Of a DNA stretch of 64,000 nt, positions 19,677 to 29,392 are shown piece after piece. Within the stretch, counting starts at the first letter, position 1; each line of letters begins with the position of its first letter. The translations under genes and the position numbers were made by a program. Below the pieces are notes generated by a model that worked only from the letters and a program-made list of their open reading frames with translations, did no database searches and had not been told where the DNA came from. The DNA is from an uncultured Gemmiger sp. (GTDB lineage Bacteria; Bacillota; Clostridia; Oscillospirales; Ruminococcaceae): the NCBI GenBank assembly GCA_944388245.1, contig CALXIA010000004.1, forward strand, positions 14,900-78,899, written 5' to 3'.

Positions 19677-19698
19677 CCCATTGCCAAGGAGGGATACC

Positions 19699-21660
19699 AT
19701 GTCCGACAGAACCGATTGGGAGGCGCTCATAGACGGGGCCTTCGGCCGCCGCCCCGCCGCCCCCCGCAAGGAGACAGCGCCCGCCGCCGCGCTGCAGAAA
19801 AACGCCGCCCGGCTGACCGGCGCCGCCGCCGACCAGGCCGAGCAGATCCGCCGGCTGGGCGGGGAGATGACCCAGGCGCTGCGCCGGGACGGCCTGCTGC
19901 CGCCGGACCATAAACCCGCTCCCGCCGCCCCCGACGCGGCCTTCGCCGGCCTGGCCGAGGAGCTGGAACAGACGGTGATCGGCCAGCCGGATTTCGTGCG
20001 GGCGCTGGTGCGGGCCTTCCGCCGGCCTTTTGTGCTGGGCTACGCCCCCGGTGGGGCCCGCAACTCGATCCTGGTCTGGGGCGGGGAGGGCACCGGCCGG
20101 CATTTCGCAGTGGGCGCCCTGGCCGGCCTGCTGGCAAAAAAAAGGCTGCTGCCCAATGGGGAGGTGGCGGTGCTGGACCTGGCCCGCTACCCCGGACCGG
20201 GGCAGGAAAAGCTGTTTTTGCAGGACCTGTACGCGGCCCTGGCCGCGCCGGCGCAGGTTCTGGCCTTTGACCATTACGAGGACTGCCACCCGGGCTTTCT
20301 GAACCTGCTGGCCGGGCTGGTGCAGGAGGGCAAAGCGGCGCTGAACAGCCGGTATGTGGTGCAGAAGGGCATGCTGGTGGACGCGGGCACCGCCCTGGTG
20401 CCGGGGGCGGTGGGGGAGCTCACCGCCCGGGACAAGTACCTGGTGTTTTTCAGCCACGCGGGCCCGGAGGCCATGGCCGAGCGGTTCGGCGGGCCCTTCG
20501 CGGCGGCGCTGGGGGACGTGTGCGCCACCGCGCCCTTCACCCCGGAGAGCCTGCGGGTGCTGGCGGCGGGGCAGCTGAACGCCGCCGTGCGCCGGGCCAA
20601 GGAGCGGCTGGGGGTGACCCTGACCGTGACCGAAGCGGTGCGGGACCTGGCCGCCGGCGCCGCCGACGCGGCCCGGGGGGCCGAACCCATCGTGGCCTTC
20701 TGCGACCGGGTGTACAAGGCGGTGGGCCAGTACCTGCTGGACCGGGAACCCGCCCCCGGCCTGACGGCGGCGCTGTCGGTACAGGAGAGGGTGCTGCTGG
20801 CGGCCTTTGGGGATGAGGAGCCCCGGCCCCTGCTGCCCGAGACCGACGAGTCCGCCGGGGCGGTGGCCCGGGTGGAGGCCGAACTGGATAGGATCGTGGG
20901 GCTGGAGGCGGTCAAGACCTATGTGCGGGGCCTGGCCGACCATGTGCGGGTGCAGCGCCGCCGCAAGGCCCAGGGCCTGCCGGCGGGCGGGCTGACCATG
21001 CACATGATCTTCACCGGCAACCCGGGCACCGGCAAGACCACCATCGCCCGGCTGGTGAGCCAGTACCTGAAGGCGGTGGGCGCCCTGCGGGGCGGCCAGC
21101 TGGTGGAGGTGAGCCGGGCCGATCTGGTGGGCCGGTATGTGGGCCACACCGCCCCCCTGACCGAGCAGGTCATCCGCAGCGCCCTGGGCGGGGTGCTGTT
21201 TATCGACGAGGCCTACAGCCTCTACCGGGGCAAGGAGGACAGTTTCGGCCTCGAGGCCATCGACGCGTTGGTCAAGGGCATGGAGGACCACCGGGACGAG
21301 CTGGTGGTGGTGCTGGCGGGCTACAGCCGGGAGATGGCCCAGTTTCTGACCGCCAACTCCGGCCTGGCCAGCCGGTTCGCCCAGACCATCGAGTTCCCGG
21401 ACTACACCGCCGAAGAACTGCTGAAAATTACGGAATTGCAGGCCGACGGCCGGGGCTACCGGCTGGACGAGGGCTGCAAGGCCCCGCTGCTGGCCTACTA
21501 CGCCCGCCGCCAGGCCGCCGACGCGGCCAAAGCGGGCAACGGCCGGATGGCCCGCAACACCCTGGAACAGGCCATCCTGAACCAGAGCCGCCGGCTGGTG
21601 GCCGCCCCGGCCGCCCCGCTGGATCTTCTGCTGCCCGGGGATTTTGAGCTGGAGGAATAA
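19699..21660 (+). CDS. Two-domain AAA+ protein: degenerate Clp-D2-like module plus SpoVK/CbxX-type ATPase
   Basis: C-terminal HMIFTGNPGTGKTT, DLVGRYVGHT, LFIDEAYSL, NSGLASRF, GNGR; N-terminal VIGQ..WGGEGTGRH. Confidence 0.8.
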   Translation: MSDRTDWEALIDGAFGRRPAAPRKETAPAAALQKNAARLTGAAADQAEQIRRLGGEMTQALRRDGLLPPDHKPAPAAPDAAFAGLAEELEQTVIGQPDFVRALVRAFRRPFVLGYAPGGARNSILVWGGEGTGRHFAVGALAGLLAKKRLLPNGEVAVLDLARYPGPGQEKLFLQDLYAALAAPAQVLAFDHYEDCHPGFLNLLAGLVQEGKAALNSRYVVQKGMLVDAGTALVPGAVGELTARDKYLVFFSHAGPEAMAERFGGPFAAALGDVCATAPFTPESLRVLAAGQLNAAVRRAKERLGVTLTVTEAVRDLAAGAADAARGAEPIVAFCDRVYKAVGQYLLDREPAPGLTAALSVQERVLLAAFGDEEPRPLLPETDESAGAVARVEAELDRIVGLEAVKTYVRGLADHVRVQRRRKAQGLPAGGLTMHMIFTGNPGTGKTTIARLVSQYLKAVGALRGGQLVEVSRADLVGRYVGHTAPLTEQVIRSALGGVLFIDEAYSLYRGKEDSFGLEAIDALVKGMEDHRDELVVVLAGYSREMAQFLTANSGLASRFAQTIEFPDYTAEELLKITELQADGRGYRLDEGCKAPLLAYYARRQAADAAKAGNGRMARNTLEQAILNQSRRLVAAPAAPLDLLLPGDFELEE

Positions 21661-21665
21661 AGGGG

Positions 21666-21825
21666 GCTGATCTGGGGGGACAACCGGGGCTGCGGGCGCA
21701 ACCACGATGCGCCCGCTCGGCTGCGCCGACCGCCCTGCCGGTCTGGGTCTCCACCGGAGACCCAGCCGCTTCGCGGACCCGGCCCCCATACCCCGGAAAA
21801 CGCGGGCCGGAACCATCCGGCCCGC
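21666..21825 (+). repeat. Modular palindromic element E4 (half element with nested module)
   Basis: GCTGAT-CTGGGGGGAC-AAC-[insert]-CCCCCAT-ACCCCGG, then GCGGGCCGGA-ACCA-TCCGGCCCGC; reverse-complement match to 7014-7175. Confidence 0.85.
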
Positions 21826-21925
21826 AAATTTTTTTGACGCGCCGCCGGGCGTACAAAGGAATTTTGGTGTATACTGGAGAAAACCTGTCCCTAAAGACGG
21901 ATGTGAAGAGAAGGAGAGAGAATTC

Positions 21926-22426
21926 ATGAAACGCATTGCAAAACTGACCGCGCTGCTGCTGGCGCTGGCCCTGCTGCTGGCCGCCTGCAACGGCAAGTCC
22001 GCCGAGGGCAAGACCACCGGTGAACTGGGGGATACCCTCAAGACCATGTTCTTTGATTTCTCGGTGGACGAGGCTTCCAGCCCCGCCGAGTACGACGGCT
22101 ATCTTCCCGCCGATGGCAACCGGCTGGTGGTCTGCACCGTGACGGTGGCCAATACCTTTGGCGAGACTTTGCCCATGTACGACACCGATTTTCAGCTGCA
22201 GTGGGGCAGCGGCGACGCGGATTTTGCCTGGGCGGTGGACGCCTTCAACGATCAGCTCATGCCGCTGGAGTGGGAACTGCTCACCGGCGATACCGTGACC
22301 TACGAGATGCTGTTTGAGGCCCCCGCCGATGTGGACCGGTTCATGCTGGTGTATCTGGAGCAGTATGTGGACGGCGATGGCAACGAGGGCGAGGGCGAGT
22401 TGTTCAACGTGAACTTCTCGGTATAA
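21926..22426 (+). CDS. Lipoprotein, DUF4352-like Ig-type domain
   Basis: Lipobox LLAAC; VTVAN..DFQL..LFEAP pattern; AAGGAG RBS. Confidence 0.7.
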   Translation: MKRIAKLTALLLALALLLAACNGKSAEGKTTGELGDTLKTMFFDFSVDEASSPAEYDGYLPADGNRLVVCTVTVANTFGETLPMYDTDFQLQWGSGDADFAWAVDAFNDQLMPLEWELLTGDTVTYEMLFEAPADVDRFMLVYLEQYVDGDGNEGEGELFNVNFSV

Positions 22427-22431
22427 GCGCG

Positions 22432-22758
22432 ATGGCAAAACTGGAACGGACCCTGACGGGCAATTTTGATCAGATCCTGGCGCGGATCCACAGCGGGGTG
22501 ATGGGTGGCAGCCTGTCCGCCACGCTGGAGGATTCCAGCGATTTCCGGGACGGAAACGCCCGGTGCAGCGTGCGGGTGTTTGAGCGGTACAGCTACGCCG
22601 GCGGCAACCGGGTGAGTATGAACGTGACCCTGTTCCAGGCCGGGGACGGGCCGGTGCGGCTGACCGCCATCACGGCGGGCGGCAGCCAGGCGATGTTCTT
22701 CAAGATCAACACCTGGGGCGAGGAGAGTTTCCTGGACACGCTGCGGGATATCCTGTGA
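22432..22758 (+). CDS. Conserved hypothetical protein (DUF6054-like)
   Basis: VFERYSY..NRVSMNVTL..AITAGGSQ..WGEESF pattern; typical codon usage. Confidence 0.7.
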   Translation: MAKLERTLTGNFDQILARIHSGVMGGSLSATLEDSSDFRDGNARCSVRVFERYSYAGGNRVSMNVTLFQAGDGPVRLTAITAGGSQAMFFKINTWGEESFLDTLRDIL

Positions 22759-22780
22759 CCGCCGCGCCAAAACAAACAAA

Positions 22781-22820
22781 AACAAAAGCCGAAGGGAAAA
22801 TCCCTTCGGCTTTGTTTGTT
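22781..22820. terminator. Bidirectional terminator
   Basis: AAAGCCGAAGGGA-AAA-TCCCTTCGGCTTT between convergent genes. Confidence 0.85.
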
Positions 22821-22837
22821 CAGTTCACGTGCAGCGA

Positions 22838-23101
22838 TCAGGCCTGGGCCTTGTTGGCGCGCTTGGCCATGCGGCTGATCTTGCGGGCCGCGGTGTTCTT
22901 GTGCAGCACACCCTTGCTCTTGGCCTTGTCGATCGCGGAAACCGCGGTGCGGATCACGGCGTCACGGTTCTCGGCGCCGGCCTCGATGGCAGCGTTTGCC
23001 TGCTTGGTGACTGTTTTCAGGTTAGACTTAATCGCCTTGTTGTGCAGGGCTTCCTTCTTCGCCTGGACGACCCGGTCCTTCTGCGATTTAATGTTAGGCA
23101 T
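22838..23101 (-). CDS. rpsT: 30S ribosomal protein S20
   Basis: MPNIKSQKDRV..IDKA..KGVLHKNTAARKISR; AAGGAGG RBS. Confidence 0.97.
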   Translation of the reverse strand: MPNIKSQKDRVVQAKKEALHNKAIKSNLKTVTKQANAAIEAGAENRDAVIRTAVSAIDKAKSKGVLHKNTAARKISRMAKRANKAQA

Positions 23102-23282
23102 TCGTACCACCTCCTTATTCCCCATAACAGTGCATCTTATAATAGCACAAACGGCGGGATTCCGCAAGGGTTTTTCCGAAATTTTCGCGAAAAAATTCCG
23201 GATGAGCGGCGGGGTTTTCCACAATCGGCGGTTGAAATGTGGAAAACTTGGCGCCGAGGGCGGAAAAATTTTCCGTGAGAGG

Positions 23283-23312
23283 GTATGAGAGGGGGAAAAG
23301 CGGGCCAAACTC
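23283..23312 (+). promoter_or_regulatory. Sigma-F/G-like promoter of gpr
   Basis: GTATG-N15-GGCCAAACTC resembles the sigma-F consensus GYWTA-N15-GGnnAnAHT. Confidence 0.5.
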
Positions 23313-23336
23313 TGGGGCGAAAGGCAGGGGAGAAGT

Positions 23337-24128
23337 ATGAACGTGTACACAGACGTGGCGCCGGAGATCTATCCGCCGGGGCGGGGCCGCACGCCCGAGG
23401 GGGTGCGGTGCACGGTGCATCAGGCGGGGGCGTGCCGGATCACGAGGGTGACCATCGAGCGGGACGGGCTGGCGCGGCCGCGGGGAAAATATGTGACGGT
23501 GGAGACCCCCCACGCGGCGATGCTGGACGAGCAGGACGAGGCCCTGACGGCCCTGCTGGCGCGGGAGCTGGCGGCGATGCTGCCGCCGGGGCCAGTGCTG
23601 GTGGTGGGGGTCGGCAACCGGCGGGTGACGGCGGACGCGCTGGGGCCCCGGGTGGCGGGCCAGGTGCTGGTGACCCGGGGCCGGGAGGCCGCGGCCGCGC
23701 CGCTGGGGCTGCGCACGGTGGCCAGCATCGCGCCGGGGCCCGGCGGGGTGACCGGGCTGGCGCTGGCGGGGATCGTGGAGGCGCTGGTGCGGGAGATGAA
23801 CGCCGCGGCGGTGCTGGCGGTGGACAGCCTGGCCTGCGCCGGGCCGGACCGGCTGGGACGCAGCGTGCAGCTGTCCGACGCGGGGCTGCGGCCCGCCGGC
23901 GACGCCGCCCGCCGCCTGACCCGCAAGACGGTGGGCGCGCCGGTGGTGGCGCTGGGCATCCCCACCCTGATGGACGCCGCGTCCCTGTGCGCCGAGCCCG
24001 GCCTGGTGGTGACGCCCCGGGACCTGGACGGCCTGGTGCGCCGCGGCTCCAGCCTGCTGGGCCGCGCCGTCAACCGGGCGCTCCAGCCCCGCCTGTCCGC
24101 CGACGAGCTGGGCAGGCTGGTGAGCTGA
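23337..24128 (+). CDS. gpr: Germination protease GPR
   Basis: GKYVTVE, VVGVGN..TADALGP, AVDSL, VVTPRDLD; rpsT-gpr-spoIIP synteny. Confidence 0.88.
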   Translation: MNVYTDVAPEIYPPGRGRTPEGVRCTVHQAGACRITRVTIERDGLARPRGKYVTVETPHAAMLDEQDEALTALLARELAAMLPPGPVLVVGVGNRRVTADALGPRVAGQVLVTRGREAAAAPLGLRTVASIAPGPGGVTGLALAGIVEALVREMNAAAVLAVDSLACAGPDRLGRSVQLSDAGLRPAGDAARRLTRKTVGAPVVALGIPTLMDAASLCAEPGLVVTPRDLDGLVRRGSSLLGRAVNRALQPRLSADELGRLVS

Positions 24129-24143
24129 CAGAGGCCAATAGAG

Positions 24144-24348
24144 GCCAATCTGGGGGGACAACGTCCCCCCAGACCCCGGAAATCGGGGCCAAAGATATTT
24201 GGCCCCAGGGATTTTATACAGAAACAAGGCCCGCGCGGGCGGAAATGGCTTTGCGCGGGCCTTGTTTGTTTTTATCCCGATGGCCGGAGTATTCCGGCCA
24301 TGTGTTCCGGGGGGTCTGGGGGGATAGGTTCTATCCCCCCAGATTGGC
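24144..24348. repeat. Modular palindromic element E5 (full A-B-C-B'-A')
   Basis: GCCAAT-CTGGGGGGAC-AAC-GTCCCCCCAG left; CTGGGGGGATAG-GTT-CTATCCCCCCAG-ATTGGC right; three internal hairpins. Confidence 0.88.
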
Positions 24349-24354
24349 AAACAG

Positions 24355-24383
24355 GCATATACCCGCCCCGGGCCGCATACCGT
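24355..24383 (+). promoter_or_regulatory. Sigma-E-like promoter of spoIIP
   Basis: ATA-N16-CATACCGT matches the sigma-E consensus ATa-N16-18-cATAcanT. Confidence 0.55.
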
Positions 24384-24416
24384 GGAAGTATGCGGCTGCG
24401 GAAAGGGGGCGGGCGG

Positions 24417-25529
24417 ATGGGTCGATGGGGAACGCGGCTGGCGGCGGCGGGGCTGCTGGCGGTGACGGTCTGGTGCGGGATCACGGCGGACGCGCTGCCC
24501 CGGCTGGCGGGCTGGGCGGTGACGCTGGGCAGCTGGGGCCGCAGCCCCGCCGCGGCCCTGGCCACGGTGGAACAGCTGGCCCGGGCCAGCGAGGCGTCGG
24601 CCAGCCCCGCGCCGCAGGCGACCGCCGCGGCGAGCCCGGCGCCCTCCGCCGCGCCCACCCCCGCGCCCAGCACCGGCGCGGCGCCGACCCCCACCCCCGG
24701 CCCGGCGGCCACCCCGGCCCCGGCCCCCGAGGACGCGGGACGCATCCGCGCCACCTTCTACGAACAGGGCAGCGGCGACGGCTACATCCCCGCCGGGGCG
24801 GGCAGCATCAAAAACAGCACCTCCCTGCCGGACAGCCAGGTGGCTCAGATCATTGCCCAGGGAATGCCCTTCGGCATCGAGATGAACAGCGACGAGCCCC
24901 AGGTGCTCATCATGCACACCCACGCCACCGAGACCTACGAACTGGCCGACAACGGCTGGTACGACCCGGATTTCAGCTGCCGCAGCACCGACAACGCGGT
25001 GAACATGACCGCCGTGGGGGCCGAGATGGTCCGGGTGCTCAACGCCGCCGGCATCAACACCGTGCAGGACACCACCCTCCACGACTATCCCAGCTACAAC
25101 GGCAGCTACGAGCGCAGCAACGAGACGGTGCGCGGCTGGCTGGAAAAGTACCCCAGCATCAAGGTGGTGCTGGACGTGCACCGGGACGCCATCGAACAGA
25201 CCGACGGCACCCGGCTCAAACCCACCCTGCAGACCGGGGAGGGGCCCGCGGCTCAGGTCATGATCATCTGCGGGGCCGACAAGGGCGGCAACCTGCCCAA
25301 CTATACCCAGAACCTGCGGTTCGCCGCCGCCTGGGAGGCGGCCATGGAGGCCCGTACCCCCGGCCTGACCCGGCCGGTGATGTTTGCCTACCGGTACTAC
25401 AACCAGGACCTGACCACCGGCAGCCTGCTCATCGAGGTGGGCGGCCACGCCAACACGGTGGACGAGGCGGTGCGGGCGGGGGGCCTCGCCGCTGCGGCGC
25501 TGGCGGATCTGCTGGCGAAAACCGCTTGA
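24417..25529 (+). CDS. spoIIP: Stage II sporulation protein P
   Basis: LIMHTHATE, YNGSYERS, LDVHRD, YNQDL..SLLIEVG; follows gpr. Confidence 0.92.
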   Translation: MGRWGTRLAAAGLLAVTVWCGITADALPRLAGWAVTLGSWGRSPAAALATVEQLARASEASASPAPQATAAASPAPSAAPTPAPSTGAAPTPTPGPAATPAPAPEDAGRIRATFYEQGSGDGYIPAGAGSIKNSTSLPDSQVAQIIAQGMPFGIEMNSDEPQVLIMHTHATETYELADNGWYDPDFSCRSTDNAVNMTAVGAEMVRVLNAAGINTVQDTTLHDYPSYNGSYERSNETVRGWLEKYPSIKVVLDVHRDAIEQTDGTRLKPTLQTGEGPAAQVMIICGADKGGNLPNYTQNLRFAAAWEAAMEARTPGLTRPVMFAYRYYNQDLTTGSLLIEVGGHANTVDEAVRAGGLAAAALADLLAKTA

Positions 25530-25555
25530 CAAGCGGGCCCGGCGGGGTGTACAAT
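25526..25555 (+). promoter_or_regulatory. Sigma-A promoter of the T-box/asnS transcript
   Basis: TTGACA-N18-TACAAT. Confidence 0.7.
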
Positions 25556-25565
25556 CGGCAGTATC

Positions 25566-25857
25566 AAAGGCGATGACCAGACCCAGTACCCCGGCTCCAC
25601 GCAGCCAGCAGAGAGCGCCGCCACGGCTGAAAGCGGCGCCTGCGCCCGGGCGAACAACCTCTGCGAGCCGCAAACCCAACCCGGGCGGCCCGCGCGGCCC
25701 CGGCAGTAGGGGCGACGCAGGCCAGCGTTACGGGCCGCCGGTTCCGATACGGGGACCGGGCAAAGGGGGCCGCCCCCGGGCGGCAATTTAGGTGGCACCG
25801 CGGATTCGGCAGCGATCCGTCCTAAAGTTTGGGACGGTTTGCTGCCTTTATTTTTTT
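25566..25857 (+). ncRNA. T-box riboswitch (Asn specifier) with terminator
   Basis: AGTA, AGAGA, GGCTGAAAG stem I motifs; GAACAAC specifier loop (AAC = Asn); T-box AATTTAGGTGGCACCGCG at 25785-25802; terminator 25808-25857. Confidence 0.9.
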
Positions 25858-25903
25858 CGCGGCCGCCCCCTTTGCGGCCCAAAACGGAAGGAGAAACAAA
25901 ACT

Positions 25904-27289
25904 ATGGAACGCATCCGCATCCGCGAGCTGTTCCGCGCCACCCCCGCCGACGGCGAGACGGTCACCGTCTGCGGCTGGGCCAAGACGGTGCGGGACTCCA
26001 AGAGCATCGGCTTCATCGAACTGAGCGACGGCAGCTGCTTCAAGAACCTGCAGGTGGTTTTCCAGGCGGACAAGCTGGACAACTACAAGGAGGTGGCCAA
26101 GGCCGGCGTGGGCACCAGCATGCAGGTGACCGGCCGCATCGTGGTGACCCCCGGCGCCAAGCAGCCCTTTGAGGTCAACGCCGACAGCGTACAGCTGCTG
26201 GACGTCTGCCCGCCCGAGTACCCCCTGCAGAAAAAGCGCCACACCCTGGAATACCTGCGCACCATGCCCCATCTGCGCCCCCGCACCAACACCTTCGCGG
26301 CGGCGTTCCGGGTGCGCAGCGTGGCCGCCTGGGCCATCCACAAGTTCTTCCAGGAACAGGGCTTTGTGTATGTGCACACCCCGCTGATCACCGGCTCCGA
26401 CTGCGAGGGCGCCGGCGAGATGTTCCGGGTCACCACCCTGGACCTGAACCAGGTGCCCCGCACCGAGGAGGGCAAGGTGGATTTCAGCCAGGACTTCTTC
26501 GGCCGCTCCACCAACCTGACCGTTTCCGGCCAGCTGGAGGCGGAGGCCTTCGCCCTGGCCTTCGGCAGCGTCTACACCTTCGGGCCCACCTTCCGGGCCG
26601 AGCACTCCAACACCCCGCGCCACGCGGCCGAGTTCTGGATGATCGAGCCGGAGATGGCCTTTGCCGACCTGTCCGACTACATGGACAACGCCGAGGCTAT
26701 GGTCAAGTACGTGGTGGGCTTTCTGCTGGAGCAGTGCCCCGACGAGCTGGCCTTCTTCAACCAGTTCATGGACAAGACCCTGCTGGAGCGCCTGAACGCC
26801 CTGGTCAGCGCCGACTTCGCCCGGGTCAGCTACACCGACGCGGTGGCCCTGCTGGAGCCCCACAACGACCAGTTCCAGTACAAGGTCAGCTGGGGCTGCG
26901 ATCTGCAGACCGAGCACGAGCGGTTCCTCACCGAGCAGGTGTTCAAGCGCCCGGTGTTCGTCACCGACTATCCCAAGGAGATCAAGAGTTTCTATATGCG
27001 GCTCAACGAGGACGGCCGCACCGTGGCCGCGGCCGACATGCTGGTGCCCGCCGTGGGCGAGCTGATCGGCGGCAGCCAGCGCGAGGAGCGGCTGGACAAG
27101 CTGCTGGCCCGCATGGACGAGCTGGGCCTCTCCCGCGCCGACTACGACTGGTACCTGGACCTGCGCCGCTTCGGCAGCGCGCCCCACGCGGGTTACGGCC
27201 TGGGCTTCGAGCGGCTGATCATGTACGTCACCGGCATCGCCAACATCCGGGACGTGCTGCCCTTCCCCCGCACCGCCGGCGGTTTTTAA
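25904..27289 (+). CDS. asnS: Asparagine--tRNA ligase
   Basis: [44 protein letters not shown]. Confidence 0.97.
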   Translation: MERIRIRELFRATPADGETVTVCGWAKTVRDSKSIGFIELSDGSCFKNLQVVFQADKLDNYKEVAKAGVGTSMQVTGRIVVTPGAKQPFEVNADSVQLLDVCPPEYPLQKKRHTLEYLRTMPHLRPRTNTFAAAFRVRSVAAWAIHKFFQEQGFVYVHTPLITGSDCEGAGEMFRVTTLDLNQVPRTEEGKVDFSQDFFGRSTNLTVSGQLEAEAFALAFGSVYTFGPTFRAEHSNTPRHAAEFWMIEPEMAFADLSDYMDNAEAMVKYVVGFLLEQCPDELAFFNQFMDKTLLERLNALVSADFARVSYTDAVALLEPHNDQFQYKVSWGCDLQTEHERFLTEQVFKRPVFVTDYPKEIKSFYMRLNEDGRTVAAADMLVPAVGELIGGSQREERLDKLLARMDELGLSRADYDWYLDLRRFGSAPHAGYGLGFERLIMYVTGIANIRDVLPFPRTAGGF

Positions 27290-27296
27290 GCAGAAC

Positions 27297-27331
27297 AAAA
27301 GGCGCACGTTGCGAAAACGTGCGCCTTTTTC
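27297..27331. terminator. asnS terminator
   Basis: AAAAGGCGCACGTT-loop-AACGTGCGCCTTTT. Confidence 0.85.
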
Positions 27332-27351
27332 AAAGGACGAGGATAGCAGGC

Positions 27352-27440
27352 TGTGCGCGCCGACCGCTCCCGGGCGATACGGGGGCGGGATAAATGGCCT
27401 GCGGCCACCCCGGACCCACCGGGTCCGGGCCCCCGCCCGC
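27352..27440. repeat. Distant relative of the nested hairpin module (E7)
   Basis: GCGCCGACCGC shared with 21723-21733; CCCGGACCC-ACC-GGGTCCGGG hairpin with the same CC-ACC-GG loop. Confidence 0.45.
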
Positions 27441-27505
27441 CTTCTCGCCCGTCCGCTGGGTAAAGGGGGCGTCTGCGGGCTCATCAGCCCTCTGAGCGGG
27501 CCGAT

Positions 27506-27994
27506 TCATCTCGCAGCCGCATCCCCCCACCCTTTGCACAGGTCCACCCACTGGGGCTGGCCGTCCGCGCAGGCGGCCAGTTCCTCGCAGGACAGGCGCA
27601 CCGCGCTGGCGGCGCTGCCCGCCGCCGGGTAGATGGTGTCGAACCGCCGCAGGGATTCGTCCAGATATACCCGCACCCCCTCCTTGAGGGCAAAGGGGCA
27701 GACCCCGCCCGCCGGATGGCCCACCTTCTCCTCCAGCTGGTCGGCCGGCACCATCTTCGCCTTAGTGTGGAACATCCCCTTGTATTTGGCGTTGTCCACC
27801 TTCGCGTCCCCGGCGGCCACGATCAGCACGCAGCCCTCCGGCGTCTCAAAACTCAAGGTCTTGGCGATGTGCGCCTCCTCGCAGCCCAGCCGCTGGGCCG
27901 CCAGCGCTACCGTGGCGCTGCTCTCGCTGAACTCCAGCACCCGGTCGCCATAGCCCTTTTCGGTCAAATACGCCCGTACACTCTCCACCGACAT
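27506..27994 (-). CDS. YbaK/EbsC aminoacyl-tRNA deacylase family protein
   Basis: SATVALAA, IAKTL, GHPAGGVCPF, VYLDESL, YPAAG. Confidence 0.9.
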   Translation of the reverse strand: MSVESVRAYLTEKGYGDRVLEFSESSATVALAAQRLGCEEAHIAKTLSFETPEGCVLIVAAGDAKVDNAKYKGMFHTKAKMVPADQLEEKVGHPAGGVCPFALKEGVRVYLDESLRRFDTIYPAAGSAASAVRLSCEELAACADGQPQWVDLCKGWGDAAAR

Positions 27995-28090
27995 TTCCCT
28001 ATTCCTCCCTGTCGTCAACAAACAATTTGTATCCGATATACCACCCCGGGGCCCGTTTGTCAATGCCCCGCCGCCTGTGAGGTGCCCTGT

Positions 28091-29164
28091 ATGCCCGACC
28101 TTGCCCCCATCGCCCCGCCGCTTCTGGCCTGGTTTTACGAAAACGGCCGCAAGCTGCCCTTCCGCCAGCACCCCACCCCCTACCGGGTGTGGGTCAGCGA
28201 GATCATGCTCCAGCAGACCCGCATGAGTGCCGCCCTGCCCTACTACGAGCGGTTCATGGCCGCCCTGCCCACCGTGGCCGACCTGGCCGCCTGCGAGGAG
28301 GAACAGCTCTTCAAACTCTGGGAGGGGCTGGGCTACTATAGCCGGGCCCGCAACCTGCAAAAGGCCGCCCGCATCGTCTGCGAACGGTACGGCGGTGCGC
28401 TGCCCGGGGACTGGGAGGCTCTGCGCGAACTGCCCGGCGTGGGGGACTACACCGCCGGCGCGGTGGCCTCCATCTGCTTCGGCAAGGCAGTGCCCGCCGT
28501 GGACGGCAACGTGCTGCGGGTGTTCGCCCGGCTGTACAACGACGATTCCGACATCACCCGCCCGGCGGTGAAGCGGACCTTCACCGACCGGGTGATGGCC
28601 CACCAGCCCCCCGACGCCCCCGGCCCCTACAACGAGGCCCTGATGGAACTGGGCGCGCTGGTCTGCACCCCCGGCACGCCGGCCTGCGCCGCCTGCCCGC
28701 TGGCGGACGTCTGCCGGGGCCGGGCCGCCGGCGATCCGGGCCGCCTGCCCCGCAAGCCCCCGAAAAAGCCCCGCCCCGTCCAGCCGGTGACGGTGGCGCT
28801 GGTGCGCAGCCCCGCCGGCTGGCTGCTCCAGCGCCGGGGCGAGGGCGGGCTGCTGGCCGGGCTGTGGCAGCCCCCGCTGTGGGAAGCGGCCCTGGACGAG
28901 GAAACCTCGCGCGCCGCCGCGGCCGCCCTGCTGGGGACCGACCCGGGCCCGGGCGCGCCGGCCGGGCAGGCAAAGCACATCTTCAGCCATGTGGAGTGGC
29001 GGATGACCGCCCGGCTCTACACCCTGGACCGGCCGGCGGCCGCGCCGGCGGGCTGCGTCTGGGCCACCGCCGCCGACCTGGCCGACACCCGGCCCCTGCC
29101 CGGGGCCTTCAAGGCCTGGCGGCGGGTGATGGAACGGGAAAAATTGCCGAGTGGACCGTTGTAA
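28091..29164 (+). CDS. mutY: A/G-specific adenine glycosylase
   Basis: VWVSEIMLQQT, WEGLGYYSRARNL, LPGVGDYTA, VDGNV, 4Fe-4S C-x6-C-x2-C-x5-C. Confidence 0.95.
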   Translation: MPDLAPIAPPLLAWFYENGRKLPFRQHPTPYRVWVSEIMLQQTRMSAALPYYERFMAALPTVADLAACEEEQLFKLWEGLGYYSRARNLQKAARIVCERYGGALPGDWEALRELPGVGDYTAGAVASICFGKAVPAVDGNVLRVFARLYNDDSDITRPAVKRTFTDRVMAHQPPDAPGPYNEALMELGALVCTPGTPACAACPLADVCRGRAAGDPGRLPRKPPKKPRPVQPVTVALVRSPAGWLLQRRGEGGLLAGLWQPPLWEAALDEETSRAAAAALLGTDPGPGAPAGQAKHIFSHVEWRMTARLYTLDRPAAAPAGCVWATAADLADTRPLPGAFKAWRRVMEREKLPSGPL

Positions 29165-29187
29165 TTTTGCCCGCCGCCGGGTATAAT
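29159..29187 (+). promoter_or_regulatory. Sigma-A-like promoter
   Basis: TTGTAA-N17-TATAAT. Confidence 0.55.
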
Positions 29188-29392
29188 AAGGCTAAGCCAC
29201 AGCCGGGCCGCGCGCCCGGCCGGGAAAAACAAGAGCAAGGGGGCCTGCCGCATGACTGTCCGTGATCTGGCGATCCTGCCGGTGAAAGCCGCCGACGCCG
29301 CCGCGCTGGCCGCGGCCCTTCGGCAGAACGCGAAAGCCCTGCATGCCCGCGTCCGGGAACTGCCGGCGCGGAGAAAGGAGAACGAGATCGTG

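Noticed and set aside
6906-24348. Palindromic repeats considered as a CRISPR array or attC cassette sites
   Set aside because: Copies are kilobases apart next to core genes, with no regular repeat-spacer period and no cas or integrase gene
25526-25538. Identical 13-mer TTGACAAGCGGGC at the asnS and ABC-leader (60959) promoters
   Set aside because: Six bases are the -35 consensus; the remaining GC-rich match can be chance
25566-25857. Long structured leader before asnS as a novel RNA
   Set aside because: Canonical T-box with a matching Asn specifier
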